Shown here: piece by piece, positions 13,975-24,599 of the stretch | How the letters are laid out: the number at the start of each line of letters is the position of its first letter | How positions within the stretch are numbered: the first letter of the stretch is position 1 | DNA from: Octopus vulgaris | Taxonomy: Eukaryota | Length of the DNA stretch: 64,000 nucleotides | Assembly: GCA_951406725.2 (NCBI GenBank) | Contig: OX597837.1 | Location: 1,240,001 to 1,304,000, forward strand | Reading direction: 5' to 3' | Notes under the pieces: generated by a model | What the model was told of the DNA's origin: nothing | What the model saw: only the letters and a program-made list of their open reading frames with translations | Databases searched by the model: none | Program-made: the position numbers and the translations under genes

Positions 13975-14258
13975 ACTCATGAGCCCGGTTTCCCGGTTTC
14001 TATGGCGTATGTGTTCCCCCCAGCGGGACGGGACGCCAGTCTATCATAGCGTTACTCAAGAAACAGGAAGAAAGAGAGTAAGAAAAGTTGGAGCGAAGGA
14101 GTACAACTGAGGTGCCCCCCCCCCCCACTCTGCCGGAGCATGGTGGAGCTTTTAGGTGTTTTCGTTCGATAAACACACACAACGCCCGGTCCAGGACTCG
14201 AAACCGCGATCCTCCGACCGCGAGTCCCATGCCCTAACCACTGGGCCATTGCGTCTCC
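13975..14258 (-). mobile_element. tRNA-derived SINE (C-like head, distinct body and tail)
   Basis: Reverse complement ggagacgcaatggcccagtggttaggg...ggtttcgagtcctggaccggg carries A and B boxes; 3' part gactggcgtcccgtcc...gaaaccgggaaaccggg. Confidence 0.85.
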
Positions 14259-14438
14259 ACACACACACACACACACACACACTCACTCACACACATGTAT
14301 GTAGTGGTAGGATAAACCTCAGCTGTTTCCTCTTGAAGCAAATTTGTTTATTCCATTTTTAAATTCCTGTATGTAGCCTCAGTTGCAACTGCTTATTAGA
14401 ATTGAGAATTATGGAAATATTATATGCAGAGTTATTGC

Positions 14439-14719
14439 GTAACAAATCAGGAAATTGGTGATTTTCCGGCGTTATTTATACTCCATTCCACGTGTTTCAT
14501 TTGCTGATAGGAGTTAGAAAATTTTACATGATATATAGACATGTAAGGAATTTTCTGTTAGAAATTCTTCAGACGGAAGTATTAAATAATACTATTTGAT
14601 TTCTCATAGAAAATTCCTTACATGTCTATATATTGTATAAAACTTTCTAACTCCTATTAGCAAATGAAACACGTGTAATGGTGAATAAATAACAACTTAC
14701 CAATTTCCTCTTTTGTTAT
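14439..14719. repeat. Long imperfect inverted repeat (fold-back or MITE-like)
   Basis: cacgtgtttcatttgctgataggagttagaaa...tagacatgtaaggaattttct pairs with agaaaattccttacatgtcta...tttctaactcctattagcaaatgaaacacgtg; arms exceed 100 bp. Confidence 0.9.
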
Positions 14720-14914
14720 ATATACATATAACAAAAAGGCAATAGGAATGGTATTTCGGAACTGATTAGGTTCCTTCAGTAAACAGAATCACTCAATGCA
14801 TAAATAAGTACTTAGATGTATATTATAGTCAAAAACAATCAAACATCACCGCTACGGTACGATGCTATCATTATAAACATAGATAAGATGAAAGGTGGGA
14901 GCAGTTAGGGAGGG

Positions 14915-15086
14915 AGAAGCTGGTCGATTACATTGACCCATGCACTCAACTTGTACTTATTTTATCGGTCCCTAACGGAGGGAAGATAAAGTCGAGTTTG
15001 ATGGCATGTGAACCCAGACGGTAAAGCCGGAAATTGCACCTAAGCATTTTGTCCGCTACGTCAACGATTCAGCCACTTTACATAAC

Positions 15087-15122
<36 letters not shown>

Positions 15123-15526
15123 CTTTTCTACTATAGACACAAGGCCTGGATTTTTGTGGGGAGAGTGACAATCGATCACATCGACCCCCAATACTTGACT
15201 TGTACTTAATTTATCGATCTCGAAAGGATGAACGGGAAACTGGACATCAGCGGAATTTGAACTCAGAATGTAACGACAGACGCTAAGAATTTCACCCGGC
15301 GTGTTAACGATTCTTATTTCTTTATTGCCCACAAGGGGCTAAACATAGAGGAGACAAACAAGGACAGACAAAGGGATTAAGTCAATTACATCGACCCCAG
15401 TGCTCAGCTGGTACCTAATTTATCGACCCCGATGTCGGCAAACTCGACATCGGCGGAATTTGAACTCAGAATGTAACGACAGACGCTAAGAATTTCACCC
15501 GGCGTGTTAACGATTCTGCCAGCTCA
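14915..15526 (-). mobile_element. Cluster of three SINE family A units (14915-15075, 15121-15313, 15314-15526)
   Basis: Repeated tcgacccc..gtactt..ttatcga..gaatttgaactcagaa; two different 3' tails. Confidence 0.85.
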
Positions 15527-15641
15527 CCACATTTTCCAACTCTTTATGATAATAATAATAATAATAACTGAATACAAACGAAGGCAAACATCTAATTGTA
15601 ATCGCCTTGGATTTACAGTCTTTAGAATTATTAATCAACTA

Positions 15642-15858
15642 AGGCGGCGTGCTGGCAGAAACGTTAGCACGCCGGACGAAACGCTCAGTGGTACTTCGTC
15701 TGTTTTTACGTTCTGAGTTGAAATTCCACCGAGGTCGACTTTGCCTTTCATCCTTTCGGGGTCGATAAATTAAATACTAGTTGCATACTGGGGTCGATCT
15801 AAGTGCCTGGCCTCCTCCCCCCCAAATTTCGGGCCTTGTGACTAGAATAGAAAAGAAT
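15642..15858 (+). mobile_element. SINE family A, full length
   Basis: ggcggcgtgctggcagaaacgttagcacgccgg...gcctttcatcctttcggggtcgataaa...gggccttgtg; head-to-head with the upstream cluster. Confidence 0.9.
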
Positions 15859-16264
15859 ATTATTAATTAATCAGTTTATGCTTTTTTAATTGGTTGATAC
15901 ACAAGAAATGTTGACGGTACTCCTTCCAAGCACTCTGTTAGCCAAATACTCGCTTGAAATGCTACAAAGTTCATTACCGAAGGACCCCCTACTATATATA
16001 TATATACATATATATATATATGCGCGCACACTATTTCTGGTCTAACATCTTTGTCCATTCGAAGCCAGTCAAACATCATTTTCTACTTCGTTTCACTTTT
16101 CCCTTCTGATCCCCGTTACTCCTTATCCCTGCATTGAGCCCTTTTTTTCTCCCTCTAACCCTCCCCCCTCTCTCTCTCTCACTCTCTTTAATTTTAACCT
16201 CCTCTATCTCTCCAACTTATCGTTTAAACTCCAATCACCAGTTAACAATGACAATTTTTATTAC

Positions 16265-16295
<31 letters not shown>

Positions 16296-16918
16296 TAATA
16301 ATGATAACAACAACAACAATAATAATAACAATAATACACCAATTGACAATGAAATTTTTTATTGTATAAAAAGTAGTAGTAGTAATTATAATGATGATAA
16401 TAATAATAATAATGATGATGATGATGATAAAGGAAACCCCACTTTTTAAGCTGTTCTCTTTATTCCTCTCAATGTCCACTTGAAGCATTCCACATGTCCA
16501 CATTCTATCCACGCCATGCCCTTCACTCCGGAAATTGTTACACACGCACACGCGCGCACACACATACATACATACACACACAAACACACATCGCTGATGC
16601 ATGTACACACGCAAATTCAAGCGCGCACAACCAAGCATAATATATATATATATATATATATATGTGCGTATGTATGTATATGTGTGCGTGTGTGTGTGTA
16701 TATGAGTGAAATCTCCAACATACTTGCGTGTGCATACAGGCACATAGATCCATAGGCTCTACATCTATACATGTGCATACACGTGTGCATGCACTTACAT
16801 ACGCAAGTGCGTGCACACACGTGCACAGATGCATACACACAAAGGCAAAGATTCCCATGTTTACAAGCATAAAAATACAAACACTTATGCATACATATAC
16901 ACATATATCCAGAAAAAT

Positions 16919-16958
<40 letters not shown>

Positions 16959-17049
16959 GTGGATGCACACACACACACACACACACTTCAGTATGCGCGT
17001 GCACTCTCAGTTAAAGAGATTTTTTTTCAAAGAATGATTAAACTCTGGT

Positions 17050-17324
17050 GAAAGAAAAGGAGAGAGGAAAGCAATGGAAAGCTAGAACGATAGAACAATG
17101 AATGAAAGAGAGCGAAGAAGAATGGATTCATGAAGGAAAAAGCTGAGTAAAGAAATGTGGGAAGAAGGAAAGAAAAACAAAGGGGTGAGAAAAAGAATGA
17201 AGACAGAGAAGAATGGAATTGGATAGAGGAATGAAGAAATTTAAGAAGGAAAGTTTTAATGAGAGAAGTGAATGAAGGATTTGTAAGAACGAAAACCAAG
17301 AAAGAAAGTTTTAAAGAGAGACTG

Positions 17325-17368
<44 letters not shown>

Positions 17369-17625
17369 GAAGAAAGTTTGTGAGGGAGAGGAGGAGAGGG
17401 TGAGAGTGATAACTAGAGCAATTGAGCGAGAAATAGAGGAATATGGTGGGGGAGTGATTTTTACTTGAGAAAGAAATGAAGAATGAATTTAAGGTTGGAG
17501 AAAGAGAAAAAGGAAGCGAGAGAGAGAGAGAGAGAGAGTGAGAGAGAGAGAAATAGAATTAGAGATAAAATGAAAGTGAGAGAGGGGGAGGAAGAGAGAG
17601 AATAAGTGAGAGAGAAAGAGAGAAG
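17050..17625 (+). repeat. Purine-rich (GA/GAA) low-complexity tract
   Basis: Strong purine strand bias, including a pure (GA)n at about 17328-17365. Confidence 0.85.
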
Positions 17626-17629
17626 TTAG

Positions 17630-17730
17630 GGCGTGAAGTACATCAAAGGAAATCTCGGCCCAATCCGGAGCTGACTCTTTCTCAAATTGCCTGTGAAAAT
17701 TCCCAGAAGCACGTTCGCATAGTCCCGGCC
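17630..17730. promoter_or_regulatory. Candidate cis-regulatory island
   Basis: Non-repetitive 100 bp with ACATCAAAGG (TCF/LEF consensus), CCAAT, GAAAATTCCC (Rel-like) and TTCCCAGAA (STAT-like); motif matches only. Confidence 0.3.
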
Positions 17731-18174
17731 TGTGTGTGAATGCGTATGTGTGTGAATGTGTGAGTGAGTGAGTGAGTGTGTGAATGCGTATGTGTGTGAA
17801 TGTGTGTGTGAATGTGTGAGTGAGTGTGTGTGTGTGTGTGCACATGTGATTAATTTGCATCAAATTTATTATGATTATTCTTGTTGTCCTTGTTTTATTT
17901 CCACATACGGTGGTGGTGGTGACGGCAGCGGTGGCGGGGTGGTGGTGGAGGTGCAAAGGAGGTGGGGGAGGAGGGTTTGATATTCTTTTTACTTTCGCAT
18001 TTTTGTTGTTGTGTTTCTTGTTTGTTTACTATATTTTTTTATTTTAATTTGAAAAAAGAAAAAAAAAAACAGAATTCTGTGAGAGATTAATGAGAGAATG
18101 TTGAAATCGTGAAGTACTTCAGAAGTTCCATGGGTTTCATAATGTTGTTTTTGATGATGTTGTTGTTGTTGTTG

Positions 18175-18675
18175 TCTTTAGCCCTAGGTAAAGATATTGA
18201 TCAAACATTCCATTAAGCCAACCAGCCATGCCCATCCCATCTATTGCTTCTTAGTAAGAAACTGGCACTCCGTCGGTGGCAACAGTCTGCACTTGAAATT
18301 AACGGGCAAGTGGCTGAATACTCCACAGAAACGCTAAGCCTTAACGTAGTTCTCGGGGAGATTTAGTGTGACACATGGAATGTGACGAGGCTGGCCCACT
18401 GAATTACAGGTACAGCTCTCATTTTTTGCCAGCTGGATGGACTGGAGCAACATAAAATAAAGTTTCTTGCTCAAGGACAATGCGACACCAGGTATCGAAC
18501 TCACGACCTTACGATCGGGGACCGAATATTCTAACTACTAAGCCACGTGCCTTTACTTCTTAGTAGGCCTACACTATGTAATGTGTCATTTCCTTCCTTA
18601 TCTAAGTGGAGTGATTTCAGTGATATTTAGCTGCTATTTCTTGCACTGCTATTGACCATATAGTAGTCCCTCCCC
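18175..18675 (-). mobile_element. Old interspersed repeat (family D) split by a younger SINE
   Basis: tttagccc..ccagccatgcccatccc and atttagctgctatttc recur at about 32020-32075, 33720-33790 and, inverted, 63470-63670. Confidence 0.5.
18256..18553 (-). mobile_element. SINE family C (tRNA/CORE-like)
   Basis: Reverse complement ggcacgtggcttagtagttag...gtgagttcgatacc...ccttgagcaag; TSD cttcttagta on both sides; related fragment at 9660-9810. Confidence 0.85.
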
Positions 18676-18816
18676 GGGGGTGATGGTGACAGACGCGGTG
18701 GTTGTGATGATGGTGGAAATATTGTTCTCGTTAATACAGTTCTATATCTAAGAGATGAGGAATTATGTACATTATTTACATTTGACGGATATTAGTCCTC
18801 ATCTTGTTTGTTGTTA

Positions 18817-18860
18817 ACACTACTTTTCGGCTGGTATACCCTCCAGCCGTCGTCAGGTGT
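18817..18860 (-). ncRNA. Minimal type-I hammerhead ribozyme motif
   Basis: Reverse complement ACAC-CUGACGA-C-GGCUGG-aggguaua-CCAGCC-GAAA-AGUA-GUGU: stem I ACAC/GUGU, CUGANGA core, 6-bp stem II, GAAA, NUH triplet; stem III vestigial as in Penelope-type minimal hammerheads. Confidence 0.7.
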
Positions 18861-18950
18861 CTTGGGGAAATTTCGGACCTGGGTTCTCATTCCTAAGGTA
18901 TTTTTCGATGTTGTTGTTGTTGCTGTTATTATTATCATTATTATTAGTAA

Positions 18951-19002
<52 letters not shown>

Positions 19003-19558
19003 GAGTGAGAGAGCAGTGCATGCCATCAAAGTGACACTGGGGTAAAATATATGAAGCCCAATATACCCATCATGACTACCTGTCTGATAAGGGTACACTG
19101 GGCACATGCATCACAACCATATGTGCGTGACATGGTGATTTCATATCAAGATAAACGGCACATGACCTTGCAGGTGGGGCCCAGTTAGAATTTTCTTCTG
19201 GTCAAGTAGCCCATCCCACTCAAAAGGTCCCTGAATAAGATTTGTTTAAGGATGATGAATAAAACACCCATGTTTCCAGAGGTGAATTATTCAAACCCCA
19301 AAGAATCCCTCTCAACACATGGCTATGATGCTCCCCTACTACTTCTGCTCACGATCAGAAATGCACATATCGTCAGCCACTAAGGGACATGCTCAACTGG
19401 TTAAGGTCAAACAACTGACTAGCAAATCTGTGGTATTGAGCAGAATATTTGTTGTAGCCCATCTTTTATACCAAGACAAAACAATGTACATGATTACTCT
19501 TCCAATCAGTTAAGATCAGCAGCCATGAGAGCTACTACCTGGTACTGTATCAGGGCAT
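19003..19558 (-). mobile_element. About 555-bp non-coding element inserted in an (ATT)n array
   Basis: Bounded by (ATT)n on both sides; one end recurs inverted at 48085-48243 next to (TAG)/(TAA)n. Confidence 0.75.
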
Positions 19559-19576
19559 TTATGCCCATTTATGGGC

Positions 19577-19637
<61 letters not shown>

Positions 19638-19703
19638 ATCACTGCTTGGAATCGAACTTGGAATCTTGGGGTTAGTAACCCGCGCTCTTAACCTCTACGC
19701 TTA

Positions 19704-19764
19704 CGGGCATATGGCGTAGTGGTTAAGAGCGCGGGCTACTAACCCCAAGATTCCAAGCAGTGAT

Positions 19765-19835
<71 letters not shown>

Positions 19836-19878
19836 CATCAAAAAATACCTTAGGAATGAGAACCCAGGTTCGAAATTC
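19704..19878 (+). mobile_element. Inverted partial copy of the tRNA-headed element
   Basis: gggcatatggcgtagtggttaagagcgcgggctactaaccccaagattcc..gcagtgatctg(aat)n aacatcaaaaaataccttaggaatgagaacccaggttcgaaatt; B-box segment deleted. Confidence 0.85.
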
Positions 19879-20032
19879 ATTTTTGGATTGTCCTTTCCGC
19901 TTATTTTGATATTTTAAATAAATATTTGGTTGCTATATCTATTATTGCTTTTTGTTCCATAATTATCTTTCATCTCTGATTTCTTCTATATTTTCTTAAA
20001 TTCTGTTATTTTTATTTCTCTTTTAGGTAAGT
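19868..20032 (+). promoter_or_regulatory. Candidate recursive splice site (3' splice site immediately followed by 5' splice site)
   Basis: ttttatttctcttttag|gtaagt; AG at 20025-20026; no other AG from 19868. Confidence 0.55.
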
Positions 20033-20434
20033 TTCAGCTTTTACTGTTTTACAACAACTTTATAGACAAAATCTTGTTCAAGGGCCCCGGGTAAGAACTG
20101 TTTTTAATTTGTATTTATTAAAATTTGTGAGGAGGGGGTTTGCTATTGTGTTTTAGACCAAGATTAATTCTACTTTAACCGAAGTTTAATCAAATGTTTT
20201 GTAGAAATGACCACCATCTATTAGTTTTGGGGGGCCTTTCTTTTTCCAGGTGTCTCAATGTACGTAAGTGAATGCGTGTCTATTTGAAGTTCTAAATATG
20301 TATTCAAAGAATTGGTCATGGACTAAGTGACCGCTTTCTGAAATTTATTCTCCTTGGCAGGACAAAAAAAATATACTTAGAAATTTTGAAATAGCAGCAT
20401 TGCCATATATTTTGGAAAAACAAATGATTCTGGA

Positions 20435-20595
20435 ATGCATTTGGCTGATGAGCGATTCGATCCGACACCGTGTTGAAACTAAAGTAATCGTAGCGAAAAA
20501 AGACACATATAAGCCATTCAGAAACTCATAAGAGCTGTCAACTTCATGTTGTGTCAAAATCTTCGTCGCACGTAATGTGACCTGGTCACTGACAT
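20435..20595 (-). mobile_element. Second, diverged copy of the 298-482 repeat
   Basis: tataagccattcagaaac...tgtcaaaatcttcgtcgc..gtgacctggtcactgac. Confidence 0.55.
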
Positions 20596-20614
20596 GAAAG
20601 AATTTTGTTAATAT

Positions 20615-20890
20615 CTTTTATCGTTTATCTTCGAATTGTTTCAGTCATTAGATTGTGGTAATGTTGGGGCACTGCCTCAAAAGCTAGTACATACTTTTTT
20701 TAAAGCCTGGTGCTTATTCTATTGGCCTGTTTTGCCGAGCCGCCTAGTTATGGGGACATAAATACCGGTTACAAGCGGTGGCATGTGAGAGGCAAACACG
20801 GACATAAAGGAACGTACAGATATGTTTCCCTCTATATAAATCGCTCACAACACTGTGGTCGGTTCGAGGTTATAGTGGAAGGCACAATAT
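20615..20890 (-). mobile_element. SINE family B, decayed
   Basis: ttgtttcagtcattagattg..ggggcactgcc..aaagcctggt..tttgccgagccgc. Confidence 0.65.
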
Positions 20891-21140
20891 TTTGTGTGTG
20901 TGTGTGTGTTGTGTACTCACATACATGTATAAATATCTATATATATATATGTATGTTTATATATATATATATCTATATATATATATGAAATACAAAAACA
21001 TAAATATACATTTACATTTATATAGATATACTCATACTTTGATACTTGTGTGTACCCAAACGTATGCATATATTTGTGTGTGTGCGCGAGTGTTTGTAAA
21101 TATATATATGTATACATATGTATGTGTATATATATATATG

Positions 21141-21189
<49 letters not shown>

Positions 21190-21309
21190 GTGTCAGCTAG
21201 TATTAAAGTGTTAGATATATTGTGAGCAATAAAGCTTCACATACACACACACACACAGGCATACACTCCCTAACATACAGTCATATGGATATGTATATAT
21301 GTATATGTT

Positions 21310-21359
<50 letters not shown>

Positions 21360-21383
21360 GATATACAAACAGATATACAAGAG

Positions 21384-21435
<52 letters not shown>

Positions 21436-22147
21436 CCACACCCACACACATATGTATATATGTGTATAGATATGTGTCTACATCTATCTACCTAACTATA
21501 CATCTATCACGTACAAGCTCCCGAGTGCATCAATATGTGTGTCTTTCGGTGTCTGTGAATGATTTAGCAGGACAAGTTGAGGTTTTTCAGGTCGAAACAG
21601 TAAAGAACAAGTGTGAAACGAATTAAAAATTAAAGTCAACTTGCAAACATCTCTTGAAACAAACCAAGTTGAAGCGAGACACAAACCAAATTCTAACAGC
21701 TGAACCAAAAATAAATTATTCAAAAGAGACAAAAATAAAGCAGGAAATAAAAAGAATGGCGAGAAACTTCGAAATGTATATTTTTTTTAAGCACCAAAGT
21801 AAACAGAAAAATAAAAGGCTGTGTGTGTCCATATATGTGTGTGTGTGTGTTGTATGTATGTCTATCTATTAAACAGCTGTAAGAGAGATTACTTTTGCGA
21901 TATAATATAAAGTAGTGCCGGGTTTGTGATCATCTATATATGTATGTGTATGAGTGCGTGTATTATGTATGTATGTATATATGTATATATGTACGTGTGT
22001 GTTTATTACTGTATGCGTATATGTAAATATGTCTATATTTATCTTACATCTTTTTACCTATATATATATATATATATATACTCACACACATATATATATA
22101 CATATACATACACACACGCATATATATACATGCATACACACAAACAT

Positions 22148-22180
<33 letters not shown>

Positions 22181-22529
22181 AACATAAATACATTTATACA
22201 CATACGAATCTCACTAATGCTTGCATTTGTATAGATACATACACACGTAAACAGACATACACAAACAAAAACACACTCACACACACACACACATGAGAAA
22301 GCGTAGACAAAGAGATAAGGGAACGGGGTGTGTACGGCTGTATTGAATATAGAATCAAACCTAAATATTAGAAAATACGAAAGAAATGAAATAATTAATA
22401 AAATCTTAATGTTTTCTGCTGTTACGTCTGCAACTCGCACTTCGCTTCATTTTGTTGCATCATTATGCCGACACGTCCACGCACAAACACTGGTGTGTGT
22501 ATTTGTACACGTGTCTGTGTGTGTGTGTG

Positions 22530-22838
22530 AAGGTACGTGGCTCAGTGGTTTGGGCGTCGAGCTCACAATCATGAGGTAGTGAGTTCGATTCCCAGGCCGG
22601 GTTGTGTGTTATGTTCTTGAGCAAAGCACTTTATTTCATGTTGCTCCAGTTCACTCAGCTGCACAAATGAGTTACCGCATCACTGGTACAAAGCTTATCG
22701 GCCCCTTTGCCATTCCCTTGGATAACATCAGGGAGAGTGGTAAGGCATGGGCGACTGATGGTCTTCCATACATAAATTTGCCCGGAACTTTTTGGGTGCA
22801 ATCCCATGATCATTCATGATCGAAGGCGGTCTTTACAC
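22530..22838 (+). mobile_element. SINE family C
   Basis: gtggctcagtggtt (A box), gagttcgattccc (B box), ttcttgagcaaagcactttatttca (CORE-like). Confidence 0.85.
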
Positions 22839-23587
22839 TTTATTTATATACATGATAATAATTGATGAAAGAAAAGGAAGATAGATGTAGCACAAGTCAT
22901 TGTTCAGTGGATTGTCTCGACCCGTCCTGCAACTGTCCGTTTTGAGTAGGAATTTGTGCATACATACATATAACGAATTATATATATATATATATATAGT
23001 CGTTATAATGATGTCTAACCAAATAGTACTTCATTATGACAACTTAAACGGGGGCTTGAAGCAAGTATTGACTGTAGCCAGTCCAAACTCTTCGTATGCG
23101 GATACCTTAACAGCGATGTGAAGTAGGTTCGAACAAATTGGTAGCGTTCACCGCTTCTTAGCGTTACATGAAATATATTTTGTGTGTATATGTGTGTGTG
23201 TAAAGGCAATGCTTTCTTGGCACCTCAAAAGCTTGACGTGTGTCGTCCGGTTATATGATGTACTGCGGGTAATTTCAAACCTGCCGGAGAAGCCCATCCC
23301 TCTCAGGGTTTTATCACAGTCGATATATTCCAAAAGGGTTTGGAAGACAGAAACAGTGAGAAATTTCGACTGCTTCTGTATTCAACGAGTTCCATGCATC
23401 GAAAGTTTGGAAGACCTCGGGGTGTGATTTGAGGTCAGAGCGCAGAGGAGGGAATGACCACCACAAAATAATCTACTCAACCGATTTCCCTAAAGTAGAT
23501 GGATGTAAGATGGATGGATGGATGGATGGATGGATGGATGGATAGATGGATAGATGGATAGACAGACAGATAGACACAGACAGACAA

Positions 23588-23638
<51 letters not shown>

Positions 23639-24599
23639 TATATACAAGCACACAGATAGAGAGACAGACAAATTGAGAGATACATAGACAAATAGATATA
23701 GATAAACAGACACACAGACAAATAGATAGATAGGTAGACAAATAGATAGATAGATAGATAGATATGTATGTGTATGATCATCTATATAAGAATGAGTTGT
23801 GTGTAGTTCAGAACGAATATTTCTTTTCGCTAACATTGGAAAGAAATGCATTAAAACCATGCACACTCCCACCACTCCCACCGTCATCATCATTTTGTTA
23901 GAAGTTGAGGTGTTTTTCAATTGAAACTATGTCACGGCTGCTATTGGTCAACTAACTGGTGTATGAAAGCAGACACATAAACTCATTCACTCGCACACAC
24001 ACTCATCACACACACACGCACAGACACCGATAACCCCCACCACCACCACCACACACACGCACATAAGGTTATTAGGTTATGATTTTAAAACCGTTTTAAA
24101 AATTAAAACGGAACGGTTGTTGACCGAGTGAATGAACACTGAAAGTAGAAGCAATTTTATTGTAAGATTAAAGATCATTACAAGTTTCGCTTAACGGCTT
24201 ATTCCACCTGTCACGCATGAATAGACAGATAGGTGAAACTTTTACGCGCATGCGCTGTACGTGCATTTTCTTATGTATTTATACATACATACTTTCTGGT
24301 ACGCAAATAGATACACACACACATACATGCTTTCATGTATGTATTCATTTAGATGCTGTGATATTGCCTTTTGTGAATAATATATTCACATCACAGCAAG
24401 TCTATCTTATGAAAAATCTAACTGGAATCTATCGAGATTCTTCATTCCAAAGACTTGAGAGGAAATTAATAACTCAGAGAGCGTGAAGTCAAGACGATGA
24501 GGGAAAAACATTTTTATTAAAAAAAACTGCGTCAACAATCCATTATTGACCACGGTTTCGCTTCCAGCAGCCGAACCGTGTAGAGGGAGATGAAAGAAA

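Larger units (their letters stand above)
18720..19700 (-). mobile_element. tRNA-headed element with (AAT)n spacer and hammerhead-bearing tail (interrupted by 19003-19558)
   Basis: Minus strand: tRNA-like head 19700-19635, (AAT)n, aacatcgaaaaataccttaggaatgagaacccagg, hammerhead 18860-18817, AT-rich tail. Confidence 0.75.

Noticed and set aside
19704-19770. tRNA gene with ACT anticodon
   Set aside because: T-arm deleted in this arm, poor acceptor stem, followed by (AAT)n; it is a retroposon head. Other tRNA-like heads are likewise SINEs.
20445-20480. CTGATGA...GAAAC on the + strand
   Set aside because: No stem II, and the sister copy at 298-482 lacks the words.
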